NCBI GenBank assembly: GCA_963785165.1
Contig: CAWAUI010000003.1
Location: forward strand, 53,302-117,301
Direction of reading: 5' to 3'
DNA: 64,000 bases
DNA from: Thermoanaerobaculaceae bacterium
GTDB lineage: Bacteria > Acidobacteriota > Thermoanaerobaculia > Multivoradales > UBA5704
Below are positions 1-8,881 of the stretch, piece after piece. Every line of letters starts with the position of its first letter. Within the stretch, counting starts at the first letter, position 1. Under the pieces are notes generated by a model that was given only the letters and a program-made list of their open reading frames with translations, did no database searches and was not told the DNA's origin. A program made the position numbers and the translations under genes.

Positions 1-408
1 CAGGAGATCTTCCTGCGGATCTACCGGCACCTGGGCTCTTTCGGGGGTCGTTCCACCCTCAAGACCTGGGTGTTCCGCATTGCCGTCAACCACTGCCGCG
101 ACCGGCTGTCACGCCACCACCCGGTGATGCAGCCGATCGAGGACGAGGTCGAAGAGGGCGGCCAGCCCATCGCCGATCCCGGCCGCGGTCCGGAAGAGCT
201 GGCGGTCGCCGCCGACGAGGGGCGCCGGGTGATGGAAGGGCTCGCCCGCATCGCCCCGGTCTTTCGCGAAGCGGTGGTCCTGCGTGACCTGGAAGGGTTA
301 TCCTATGAGGAGATTGCTGAAGTGCTGGGAGTGCGGGTGGGTACCGTCCGTTCGCGGATCGCGCGCGGCCGGGATCATCTCCGCCTCCTTCTGGAGAAAG
401 GAACATGA
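1..408 (+). CDS. ECF (sigma-70 family) RNA polymerase sigma factor, 5'-truncated by window edge
   Basis: Frame 1 is open from base 1 (QEIFLRIYRHL...). Region-2-like TWVFRIAVNHCRDRL and region-4 HTH LEGLSYEEIAEVLGVRVGTVRSRIARGR. ATGA overlap with the next gene. Confidence 0.85.
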   Translation, partial: QEIFLRIYRHLGSFGGRSTLKTWVFRIAVNHCRDRLSRHHPVMQPIEDEVEEGGQPIADPGRGPEELAVAADEGRRVMEGLARIAPVFREAVVLRDLEGLSYEEIAEVLGVRVGTVRSRIARGRDHLRLLLEKGT

Positions 409-1137
409 ACCGCCATATTTCCACTGAGCAGCTTTCGGCCTATCTCGACTCCGAGCTGGGGTTCGCCGAGATACGGCAGCTCAAAGCTCATTGCGAGGCC
501 TGCCCGGAGTGCGGCGCGCGCCTCGCCTCGATGCGCCGCGTGGTCGCCGGCCTCGGCCGGGCCGACCGCGTGGCTCTGCCGGCGGCCCTGCACCAGCAGA
601 TCCGGCGGCAGATCGTGCAGGAGATCCCTGCGCACGGGATCCAGAAGGTGTGGCAGTCACTGCGCTTCCTGATCTTCCCGTTGCAGCCCGGCCTGCGCAC
701 GGCGGTGGCCATGGGGCTCGCCATGGTGGCCGGCCTGTTCACCCTGAGCCACAGCCTCATCGGCACCGTCGCTCCCCTCCCCGAGCCTCGTCCCAGCCAG
801 GAGGAGGTCACGGTGAAGGCCGGTACGCAACCCCTTTCCATGCTGAAGACCACCAGCAAGGTCGCCGGCCGGGACTTCACCTGGACGAATGCGGGTTGGG
901 TGCAGGAGGGGCTGGAGGGGAGGACCCCGGAGATGAGCGTGGACGCCCGCAGCCCCCGGGGCCGCGAGCTGTTGACCCGGTACTCGGAGCTTCCAGCTCT
1001 TGCTCTTCGAGGGCGATCCCGTGGTGCTGACCTACAACTTGCAGACGGTGGAGATCCGGGTCACGCCGCCGAGCCGGGTGCTCGGGTTCGAGACGAGCCC
1101 GCTGGCGAATCCGCACGGGCGGGTTCTGCCGGTTTAG
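405..1137 (+). CDS. Anti-sigma factor with zf-HC2 (H-x3-C-x2-C) motif and one TM segment; frameshifted near 995
   Basis: N-terminus has LKAHCEACPEC (ZAS-type motif), with a hydrophobic helix GLAMVAGLFTL. After ~995 the listed ORF turns into low-complexity junk and runs into a repeat. Frame 1 instead gives LLLFEGDPVVLTYNLQTVEIRVTPPSRVLGFE...VLPV, with a stop at 1135-1137. Confidence 0.7.
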
Positions 1138-1155
1138 GAGGCCCTCTTGCCGTAT

Positions 1156-1246
1156 CGACCTCACCCCAACCCCTCTCCTAAAGGAGAGGGGCTTGAGGCT
1201 TGTCTTTCTCCCATCTCCTTTAGGAGAGGGGCCGGGGGTGAGGTCG
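1156..1246. repeat. REP/MITE-like palindromic element, short subtype (copy A)
   Basis: cgacCTCACCCCaaCCCCTCTCCtaaaGGAGAGGGG...GGAGAGGGGccgGGGGTGAGgtcg: outer inverted repeat plus two internal hairpins. About 85% identical to the copy at 8792-8878. Lies between convergent genes. Confidence 0.8.
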
Positions 1247-1258
1247 CAGGGCTCCCGC

Positions 1259-3337
1259 CTACCCGTACGGCTCGATCTTCTCGATCCGCCAGCTTTCGCC
1301 GCTCACCTGCACCTCGTCACCGGGCTTCTTGCCCAGAAGCTCCTTGGCGAGGTCCGACTCGTAGGAGATGACGTCCTCTTCCGGTTTGCTCTCCCAGGGG
1401 CCGAGGATGGTCATCGTCTTCTTTTCCGAGCCGCCGCCGAGCGGGCTCAGGTGGAGCCGGCTGCCGATGCGTGCCTCCGAGGCGTCCATGCCGGTGGTGT
1501 CGATGATGCGCACGCGGTTGAGCTCGCCATTGAGCTGGGCGGCGCGGGCGTTCAGGTACTCGTGGCGCTGGCGGGCCGACTTGTACTCGAAGTTCTCGCG
1601 CAGGTCGCCCATGGCGCGGGCTTCCTCGATGGCCTTGCGGTTGGCGGGGATCTCGATGGAGAGGATGTGCTGGAGCTCCGCCCGCTTGGCTTCCACGGAC
1701 TCGAGGGTGGTGTAGAGCGCCGGCGGGCCGCTCTCCTTGCGCAGGTTCTGGAAACGGAGGTGGATGGCGTTGGTGAGCTGGTCGCGCTGGTAGGGCTCGA
1801 GGTTCGAAGCCCGGTGTACGGCGTCCTCGGCCTGGGCGGCCTGGTCTTCCGTCAAGTGGGTGAGCAGGCGCGGCACCGTGCCGCCCGATTCGGCCAGGGC
1901 CAGGAGGCGCAGCCGGTAGGAGGCGAACTCGTCGCGCGACATGCTGGCGAGGATCTGTTGAAGCATCCTCAAGGGGTTGCGGACCCGCAGCTCCTCGTCC
2001 ACGGCCGCCCGTTCGGCCAGCCAGGTGAAGGCCGCCGCATTGCGGTGAGGCTGGGCGAGGAGGTTGTCGAGGAAGCGGTCGAGCTCGCGCGGCGCCCCTT
2101 GGAGCAGGCCGTCGGTCAGCAGGTCGAGGGCGCGCGGATCGGTCTCCTTGGTCATGGCGTCGCGGTAGACGGCCGGCCAGTCGTCGCGGCGCTCACGCAG
2201 CATGGTGTAGGCGCGCTCGCGCAGGAGCCGCTCCTCGATGCCGGCGAAGACCCTTTGCGGCTGGGTGGCGAGCAGGTTGTCCGGCGACCAGTCCACGGCC
2301 TCGTCGATCTTGCCGCCGCTGCGTTCGATGGCGAACCAGATCTCGAAGGCGAGGCCGGGGTCGGCATCCATGACCTTCTCGGCCACCTCGGCCAGGTTGG
2401 CGGCCATGCGGTTGCGCAGGCCGGTGTCCCGGGCACCCTCGCGCTTCAGGCGCTCGATCTTCTTGCGCGGGTCGGTCTTTTCGAACGCCTTCCAGACCGA
2501 GTCCAGGGCGTCGCCGCTGCTGTCGGCCCAGCGGTAGGTCTGGCGCGCGCCGCTCCCCGCCGCCACCACCTGCGGGTGCTTGCGGGCGGCGCCCCACCAG
2601 GCCGTCCACTGGGATTCCGTGACGATGCCGGCCAGGATGTCGCGGATCTCGCCGGCCGTGAGCGGCCGGTCGTAGCTCAGAAGGGTGACCTTGAGCAGCT
2701 CGGGCGGGGTGAGGATCCGGAGGCCGCCGGGCTGCTCCAGCTTGCGGCGCAGCACGTGGTCGGGAGCCAGGGGGCGCAGCAGCTTGGGGGCGGCCTTGAA
2801 GCCCACGGTGAGCCCGCGGATCTTCTCGAAATCCACCTTGAAGCTCTCCAACCCCAGGTTGGCCTCCACCACCCGGCCCACGCCCTTGCCTTCCATGGAC
2901 ACCACGGTGCCCACGTCGAAGGCCAGAAGACCCTCCAGGCGGTCGACCTTCTCCCAGATCTTGGGCAGGTCGCCGGGGGCGCGGTGGAGGCCCACGGCCT
3001 CGAACAGGGCCTTGTAGGTCGACCGGTCGCTGTAGAGCTTGCCAAGGGTGGAGGTGACGGTGGGGTGGAGCTTGTCGGCGGTCACGAAGAGGGCGCCGGC
3101 GCGTTTGAGGAGATGGAGGCGTGTGGCCCAGAAGCCGCCTTCCCGCAATTGCTCGTCGAGCAATTCCAGGAGGTTGCGTGCCCTCGCCTCCTCTCCGGTG
3201 CCGACGAGGGCGCGGGCCACGCCGGTGTAATAGTCGAGGTCCGCGAGGTCTTTTTCGAGCTGTGCCAGCCACTCGCCCTCGACGGAATCGAAATCGCCTT
3301 TCGACAACTGGTTCTGTGTGGTGCGTGAGATTGTCAT
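1259..3337 (-). CDS. Long GreA/GreB-family transcription elongation factor-like protein (692 aa)
   Basis: Intact ORF. The C-terminal ~150 aa are GreA-like (AMGDLRENFEYKSARQRHEYLNARAAQLNGELNRVRIID...IGSRLHL...ISYESDLAKELLGKKPGDEV). The N-terminal ~540 aa are alpha-helical and of unknown function. Confidence 0.8.
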   Translation of the reverse strand: MTISRTTQNQLSKGDFDSVEGEWLAQLEKDLADLDYYTGVARALVGTGEEARARNLLELLDEQLREGGFWATRLHLLKRAGALFVTADKLHPTVTSTLGKLYSDRSTYKALFEAVGLHRAPGDLPKIWEKVDRLEGLLAFDVGTVVSMEGKGVGRVVEANLGLESFKVDFEKIRGLTVGFKAAPKLLRPLAPDHVLRRKLEQPGGLRILTPPELLKVTLLSYDRPLTAGEIRDILAGIVTESQWTAWWGAARKHPQVVAAGSGARQTYRWADSSGDALDSVWKAFEKTDPRKKIERLKREGARDTGLRNRMAANLAEVAEKVMDADPGLAFEIWFAIERSGGKIDEAVDWSPDNLLATQPQRVFAGIEERLLRERAYTMLRERRDDWPAVYRDAMTKETDPRALDLLTDGLLQGAPRELDRFLDNLLAQPHRNAAAFTWLAERAAVDEELRVRNPLRMLQQILASMSRDEFASYRLRLLALAESGGTVPRLLTHLTEDQAAQAEDAVHRASNLEPYQRDQLTNAIHLRFQNLRKESGPPALYTTLESVEAKRAELQHILSIEIPANRKAIEEARAMGDLRENFEYKSARQRHEYLNARAAQLNGELNRVRIIDTTGMDASEARIGSRLHLSPLGGGSEKKTMTILGPWESKPEEDVISYESDLAKELLGKKPGDEVQVSGESWRIEKIEPYG

Positions 3338-3376
3338 AGGAAGGGTTGAAGATACCAGATTCTATAAGCTTGCCGC

Positions 3377-4135
3377 ATGCCGGAGACGTCCGAGGCCTCA
3401 GATCCCTTCGAGCCGGACCTCCACCGCCGCCTGCGCGAAGCGGGGGAGGAGGAGCTCGCGGCCCTGGTGGAGGGGCACGCCGCGGAGCTGGCGCCGCCGG
3501 AGGTCCGCCAGGTTCTGCGCAACCCGCACTGCTCGGCCGAGGTGATCGGGCGGCTCGCGGCCGAGCGGCGGCTCCTGGGCTTCTACGAGGTGCGGCGGGA
3601 CCTCGCCTTCCACCCGCGGACGCCGGAGATTCTGGCGGCCGGCTTTCTGGCCGGCCTCTATTGGCGCGACCTGATGGAGCTGGGGCTCGACAACCGCCTG
3701 CGCCCGGCGCTCCGGCGCTCGGCGGACCAGATCCTGGGGATCCGCCTGCCGCAGCTCGCCCTGGGGGAGAAGACGTCGCTCGCCCGCCGGGTGGGTACGG
3801 GCGTGCTGGCCCAGCTGCGCCACGATCCCAGCCCCCGGGTGATCGCGGCCCTGCTCGACAATCCGCGCCTCACCGAGGGGATCCTGGGGCCGGTCGTCAA
3901 CGGGGGATCCACTCCGCCGGCCGTCCTGGAGCTGATCGCCGCCGACCGTCGCTGGGGCGTCCGCTATTCACTGCGCGTGGCCCTCGCCCGCAATCCCGCG
4001 ACCCCTCTGGCCACGGCTTGGCGTATCCTGGGGACGTTGCGCAAGACCGACCTCCAACCGCTGGCGGCCGACCCCCGGTTGGCCGAGCCGCTTCGGCGGC
4101 GGGCGCGCGTTTTGCTGGAACAAACTCTGAAGTAG
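3377..4135 (+). CDS. Hypothetical protein with leucine-rich-repeat-variant/HEAT-like repeats
   Basis: Repeated NP.TP...L-type units (RNPHCSAEVIGRLA, HPRTPEILAA, DNPRLTEGIL, RNPATPLATA). Intact 252-aa ORF. Confidence 0.55.
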   Translation: MPETSEASDPFEPDLHRRLREAGEEELAALVEGHAAELAPPEVRQVLRNPHCSAEVIGRLAAERRLLGFYEVRRDLAFHPRTPEILAAGFLAGLYWRDLMELGLDNRLRPALRRSADQILGIRLPQLALGEKTSLARRVGTGVLAQLRHDPSPRVIAALLDNPRLTEGILGPVVNGGSTPPAVLELIAADRRWGVRYSLRVALARNPATPLATAWRILGTLRKTDLQPLAADPRLAEPLRRRARVLLEQTLK

Positions 4136-4227
4136 AGTCGCTGACGGATCAGGCCGCCCGGGATTTTCCCGCCGTGAGCGACAAAATTTGACCGAGAGGC
4201 AGAGCGGCGCGTAAAGTTAGGTGTCGC

Positions 4228-5175
4228 GTGCAGAGAAACGTGTCCAGACGAGAACGAGTTCCGCCCCGTAAGATAGAAGCCCCCCCGGCCGATCCTGCCA
4301 ACGGGGGCGGTTCCGGCGCCGCCAAGCGTCCGGGCCGTCAACCCCCGTGGGAAAAGGAAAATGGGCCGGGCGAGACCGGCTCGTTCGGCGAATGGCTCCG
4401 CCGCCAGCGCGAAATGCGCGAGATCAGCCTGCGCGACATCGCCGACCGCACCAAGATCAGCCTGCGCTATCTGGAGGCCATGGAGGCCGACCGGTTCGAC
4501 CTCCTGCCCGCGCCCATCTTCGCCAAGGGGTTCCTCAAGGAGTACGCCCGCTACGTCGGGCTGTCGCCCGACGACGTGGTCAACCACTACCTCTCGGTGA
4601 ACCGGCCGGAGGAGCCCGCCGGCGATTCCAAGGACGACAACAAGGTCCGCCCCAAGTCGCGGCCGGTCGACCCTGGCCCGACGCCGATGCGGCGCAACTG
4701 GAGCTACGGCCTGGTCCTCGCCCTCGCCGGTCTGGTCCTGCTGGTGCTGGTGGCCGTCGCCGCCTGGTTCGCCGACCGGCGGCGCGACGCGGACCCCGCG
4801 GGCTCCAGCGGCCAGTCGCTGCCGTCCATGGCCGCTCCGCTCCCCGCACCCTCTCCGGCCGTGCCGGCCGCCACGCAACCCCCGCCGCAGCCGGCGGCGC
4901 CGCTCGAAGTGACGCTCGCCTTCAGCAAGGACTGCTGGGTGGAGGCGGTGATCGACGGCAAGAACCGCTTCTCCGAGCTGCGCGTGCAGGGCGAGGCCCT
5001 GCCGCTCCAGGCCGAGAAGAGCATCGTGCTGACGCTCGGCAACGCCGGCGCGGTGGAAATCCAGGTCAACGGCTATCCCCTCGATCTCGAACGGAAGGAA
5101 GGGGACGTGGTGCGCGACCTGCTGATCGATCTCACGACCGTCGAGACCCTGAAAGCCAAGAAAGAGGCGCGCTGA
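4228..5175 (+). CDS. rodZ: RodZ-like cytoskeleton protein (HTH + TM + DUF4115-like C-terminus)
   Basis: HTH region FGEWLRRQREMREISLRDIADRTKISLRYLEAMEADRFDLLPAPIFAKGFLKEYARYVGL. TM helix YGLVLALAGLVLLVLVAVAAWF, a Pro/Ala linker, and C-terminal VTLAFSKDCWVEAVIDGK...IQVNGYPL. The GTG start is uncertain. A possible TTGACC-18-TAAAGT promoter lies at 4188-4217. Confidence 0.75.
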   Translation: MQRNVSRRERVPPRKIEAPPADPANGGGSGAAKRPGRQPPWEKENGPGETGSFGEWLRRQREMREISLRDIADRTKISLRYLEAMEADRFDLLPAPIFAKGFLKEYARYVGLSPDDVVNHYLSVNRPEEPAGDSKDDNKVRPKSRPVDPGPTPMRRNWSYGLVLALAGLVLLVLVAVAAWFADRRRDADPAGSSGQSLPSMAAPLPAPSPAVPAATQPPPQPAAPLEVTLAFSKDCWVEAVIDGKNRFSELRVQGEALPLQAEKSIVLTLGNAGAVEIQVNGYPLDLERKEGDVVRDLLIDLTTVETLKAKKEAR

Positions 5176-6190
5176 GTGGCGGACAGCCAGTCCTCCCTGC
5201 TCGAGCAGATCCGCTCGGGGAACCGCCGGCTTCAGCTTCTCGCGGCCGACGGGGTCCTTCCCCTGCCGCCGGAAGAGCTGATCCCCCTCCAGGTGGAGCT
5301 CGCCCGCGGCACCGATCAAGAGGTGTCGGACCGGGCGCGAGACAACCTGCTCAAGGTGGACCCGCGGCTCCTCCGGCCGTTCCTGGAGCGCGCGGCGCGC
5401 GAGCCGGTGCTGGCTTTCTTCGCCGAGGAAGCCCGGAATCCCCAGATCCTCGAGGCGATCCTGCGCCGCCGCGACACGCCGCGCCGCATTCTCGCCTGGC
5501 TCGCCCGCCGGGTGCCTCCCGATCTCCAGGAGCTCCTGCTCCTGCGCCAGGACGCCATCGTCGAGGAGCCGGCCATCCTCCAGGCCCTGGAGGAGAATCC
5601 CCAGGTCTCCATCTACTCCCAGCGGCGCATCGCCGAGTACCGCGAGCATCTGCTCCCCCGCCAGCGCACCCCCCTGCCCGCGGAGGCCGAGCTGCTGGAG
5701 GAGATGGACGACGAGGAATTCGAGGAGGCCCTGGCCGTGGTCCGGGAAGCTCCCTCCCACCGGTGAGATCGAGGAGAAGACCGGCCTCTCCGAGGGGCAG
5801 ATCCGCTTTCTTCCCATACCGGCGCGCCTGAAGCTCACCCGCGGCGCGCCGCGCAGCCTGCGCTCCATCCTCCTGCGCGACAGCAACGCCCTGATCGCCG
5901 TCTCGGTCATTCAGAACAACAGCCTCTCCGAGCAGGAGGTCGAGCAGACGGCGGCCAACCGGTCCGTGGTCGAGGAGGTTCTGGTGGCGATCTCCAAGAA
6001 ACGCGACTGGGTGAACAAGTACACGGTGGCCAAGGCCCTGATTTGGAACCCCCGTACGCCCCTGCCCACGGCGCTGCGTTTGGTCAACAAACTGGCCGTT
6101 CGAGACCTCCGCGATCTGGGCCGGGACCGGAATGTTCCGGACGCGGTGCGCTCGACAGCCCTCCGTTTGTATAGAATCAAACAGCAATAG
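5176..6190 (+). CDS. Second LRV/HEAT-like repeat protein; one frameshift near 5762
   Basis: The frame-1 ORF 5176-5766 stops at TGA. Frame 2 is open from 5762 (GEIEEKTGLSEGQIRFLPIPARLKLTRGAPRSLRSILLRDSNALIAVSVIQNNSLSEQEV...) through the listed ORF 5966-6190 (IWNPRTPLPTALRLV). Same repeat style as 3377-4135. Confidence 0.5.
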
Positions 6191-6203
6191 GATTCAAAGA
6201 CCG

Positions 6204-6860
6204 ATGGCCAGGGACTTCTACACCGTCCTCGCGTTGCCGCGCAATGCCACCGAGGACCAGATCCGCCAGCGCTTCCGGGAGCTGGCGCGCACCCGCCACC
6301 CCGACCGTTTCCAGGGGACGGAGAAGGCGCGGGCCGAGGTCGAGTTCCAGGAGATCACCCAGGCGTTCAACGTTCTGGCGGATTCCGAGCGCCGCCGCCG
6401 GCACGACAACGAGCTGCAGCGCCCCGAGGAGTCGGCCTCCGCGGCCGATCCGCGGGGAGCCTTCAAGGCGTACCTGCAGCGTGGGGTCAAGGCCTACAAA
6501 GAGAAGAACTATCTGGAGGCGGCCAGCAACTTCGACCAGGCCACCCAGGCCGACCCCAAGAGCGCCCAGGCCTGGCATCACCTGGCCCAGGCGTGCAGCC
6601 AGCAGAAGACCTGGCTCCCGCGGGCCGTGGCTGCCATCGAGCGCGCCTGCCAGCTGGAGCCCATGAACGTGACCTATCTGAAGCAGGCGGGCCGCATCTG
6701 CACCCTCGCGGGGCAGCCGGAGCCCGCCATCCAGTTCTACCGTAAGGCCCTCCAGTGGGGCGGCGACGATGACACCGTGCGCCAGGCCCTGGACGAGCTG
6801 AACCGCTCCGCCGCGTCCTCCACGGGCTCCCGCTGGGGCCTGTTCGGAAAGGCCGGGTGA
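6204..6860 (+). CDS. J-domain (DnaJ-like) protein with C-terminal TPR repeats
   Basis: MARDFYTVLALPRNATEDQIRQRFRELARTRHPDRF (HPD motif). C-terminus is TPR-like (YLEAASNFDQATQADPKSAQAWHHLAQA...). Confidence 0.8.
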   Translation: MARDFYTVLALPRNATEDQIRQRFRELARTRHPDRFQGTEKARAEVEFQEITQAFNVLADSERRRRHDNELQRPEESASAADPRGAFKAYLQRGVKAYKEKNYLEAASNFDQATQADPKSAQAWHHLAQACSQQKTWLPRAVAAIERACQLEPMNVTYLKQAGRICTLAGQPEPAIQFYRKALQWGGDDDTVRQALDELNRSAASSTGSRWGLFGKAG

Positions 6861-7669
6861 CCGCGATGGCGATGCGGATCAAAGCCTGCGGACTGTCCGA
6901 CGTGGGGCTCACCCGGGCCCACAACGAGGACTATTTCGAGATCGACCCCCAGCACAAGCTCTACGTGGTGGCCGACGGCATGGGCGGCCACAGCCACGGC
7001 GAGGTGGCGGCCCAGATCGCCGTCAACTCCATCCGCGACTTCATCGCCCGCACGGCCGACCGCGACACCACCTGGCCGTTCGGCATGGACTCCCGCCTGG
7101 AGCGCCACTCGAACCTGCTCAAGATGGCCGTCCGCATGGCTCACGACCACGTGCTGCGCGCCATCACCAAGGACGGCTCCCTCTACGGGATGGGGACGAC
7201 CGTCGTCGGCCTTCTGATCTCGAACGGCATCGCCGCCGTGGCCCACGTGGGCGACAGCCGCGTCTACCGGCTGCGCGAAGGGAAGCTCGAGCAGCTCACC
7301 CAGGACCACACCTGGGTGAACGAGCAGGTGGTGGCCGGTTTCCTCTCCAAGGAGCAGGCCCGCTCGCATCCGCTCAAGAACGTGGTCACCCGTGCCCTGG
7401 GCGGCGAGAGCGACGTGCTGGTGGACGTCAAAGAGGTGGAGATCCTGCCCGGCGACTTCTTCCTCCTCTGCTCGGACGGTCTCACCGGCATGCTCTCCGA
7501 CGCCGACATCCGCGACCGCCTCTCCTCCGGCCGCAGCCTCCACGAGATCTGCCGCTCCCTGATCACCGACTCCAACGCCCGCGGCGGCATCGACAACGTC
7601 ACGGTCGTCCTGCTGTCGATCGAGGAGGATCCGGCGGAGGCGGAGGACACGGGCGAGGCCACGCGGTAG
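6857..7669 (+). CDS. PP2C-family Ser/Thr protein phosphatase
   Basis: GLTRAHNEDYF, VADGMGGHSHGEVAA, HVGDSRVYRL, LLCSDGLTGML, GGIDNVTVVLL. The GTGA overlaps the upstream stop. Confidence 0.9.
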   Translation: MTAMAMRIKACGLSDVGLTRAHNEDYFEIDPQHKLYVVADGMGGHSHGEVAAQIAVNSIRDFIARTADRDTTWPFGMDSRLERHSNLLKMAVRMAHDHVLRAITKDGSLYGMGTTVVGLLISNGIAAVAHVGDSRVYRLREGKLEQLTQDHTWVNEQVVAGFLSKEQARSHPLKNVVTRALGGESDVLVDVKEVEILPGDFFLLCSDGLTGMLSDADIRDRLSSGRSLHEICRSLITDSNARGGIDNVTVVLLSIEEDPAEAEDTGEATR

Positions 7670-7680
7670 TCGCTCCCTCC

Positions 7681-8817
7681 ATGCGGATCGCTGTCCTCGG
7701 CGGCGGCCCCGCGGGCGGCTCGGCCGCTCTTGCCTTGGCGCGGGCTGGTGCCTGCGTCGACCTCTACCTGCCGGCCCGCCCCGGTGAGAAGCCCTGCGGC
7801 GGCGCCGTGCCGGAGCACGTGCTCCCGCGCCTCGCCGGTTTCGACCCCTCCCCCCTGCCCTCCATCGTCAGCCCGGCCGCCGTGCTGGAGAACGCCCGGG
7901 GTGGCCAGGTCTCCCTGGATCTTCACGGACTCCGCATCTTCCGCCGCCGCGATCTCGACCCCGCCCTGGCCGAAGCGGCCGTGGCCGCGGGAGCGGTCCG
8001 GCGGTCCGCCAAGGCCGAGCGCCTGGAGGGGGATTCAGAGGGCGTCCGCGTCGTATCCGCCGGGGAGACCCGCGTCTACGACTGGGTCGTGGGGGCGGAC
8101 GGCGCCCGGGGGCTTTCCAGGCGTTGGCTTGGCCTGAAGCCGATGGGAGACAGCCTGGGGTTGGGGGGATCTCTTTCGGGGATCGACCGGCACCGGCTCG
8201 TGCTCGGCTTCCCGGGACTGGGCGACTCGTACGCCTGGATCTTCCCCCGGCCCGGCGGCGCTTCGGTGGGCATCGCCTACACGCCGGGCCAGGTGCGGGA
8301 CGCCGCCGCCCGGGCCGCTCTGGATACGCTTCCTCGATCGGCATCTGCGGAAGGCATGGCGGGATCTTCCCGGGCCGCGCTACCGCTATCCGATCCCCGT
8401 TTTCGGCCCCTGGACGCCGGACAGCGTGCGCCGTGGGCTCGCCCGCCGCATCCTCCTGGTGGGCGACGCCGCGGCCCTGGCCGACCCCCTGACGCGCGAG
8501 GGGATCCGCTACGGCATGCTCTCCGGCCTCTGGGCCGCCGAGAGCCTGCTCTCGATGAGGGGCGGCCCGAGGGCTACCCCGAACGGCTGGCGTCGGAGCT
8601 GGGGGAGGAGATGGAGAAGGCCCACCTGGCCCGCGATCTGTTCTTCGAGGGCTCGGTGGGCCAGTGGATGGTGCCGGCCGCCCGGGTCCACCCGGGTATC
8701 CGGCGCGTGCTCGCCGATCTGCTCGCCTGCCGGCAGGGGTACACGGGATTGAAGCGTCGGTTGGTGAGAGAGGCGGTAGGGCTTGCCCGTTCGACCTCAC
8801 CCCAACCCCTCTCCTGA
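7681..8817 (+). CDS. Geranylgeranyl reductase-family FAD-dependent oxidoreductase; two compensating frameshifts (~8322, ~8570)
   Basis: N-terminal MRIAVLGGGPAGGSAALALARAG (FAD fold). The segment IRFLDRHLRKAWRDLPGPRYRYPIPVF...ILLVGDAAALADPLTREGIRYGM is in frame 2. Frame 1 resumes at EGYPERLASELGEEMEKA. The ORF end reads into a repeat (…STSPQPLS). Confidence 0.7.
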   Translation: MRIAVLGGGPAGGSAALALARAGACVDLYLPARPGEKPCGGAVPEHVLPRLAGFDPSPLPSIVSPAAVLENARGGQVSLDLHGLRIFRRRDLDPALAEAAVAAGAVRRSAKAERLEGDSEGVRVVSAGETRVYDWVVGADGARGLSRRWLGLKPMGDSLGLGGSLSGIDRHRLVLGFPGLGDSYAWIFPRPGGASVGIAYTPGQVRDAAARAALDTLPRSASAEGMAGSSRAALPLSDPRFRPLDAGQRAPWARPPHPPGGRRRGPGRPPDARGDPLRHALRPLGRREPALDEGRPEGYPERLASELGEEMEKAHLARDLFFEGSVGQWMVPAARVHPGIRRVLADLLACRQGYTGLKRRLVREAVGLARSTSPQPLS

Positions 8818-8878
8818 AGGAGAGGGGCTCAATAGGGTCTTTCTCCCTCTCCTTCAGGAGAGGGCCGGGGTGAGGTCG
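8792..8878. repeat. REP/MITE-like palindromic element, short subtype (copy B)
   Basis: cgacCTCACCCCaaCCCCTCTCCtgaaGGAGAGGGG...ccttcaGGAGAGGGccGGGGTGAGgtcg, between convergent genes. Paralogue of copy A. Confidence 0.8.
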
Positions 8879-8881
8879 CGC

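Noticed and set aside
1193-3328. Very long ORFs antisense to recognised genes (e.g. 1193-3328+, 3964-5910-, 14482-15996+, 16152-18152+, 22849-24096-, 30137-32218+, 32394-33707-, 35490-36491-, 39828-41429-).
   Set aside because: Their translations are Arg/Gly/Ala/Pro/His-rich low-complexity text with no motifs. Each is the mirror of an ORF with clear conserved domains. This is typical stop-codon-poor shadow ORFs in ~68% GC DNA.
5750-5770. Programmed ribosomal frameshift joining 5176-5766 to the frame-2 continuation.
   Set aside because: There is no slippery heptamer or obvious downstream structure at the site (…gctccctcccaccggtgagatcgag…). Given the many other indels in the window, a simple 1-nt error is more likely.
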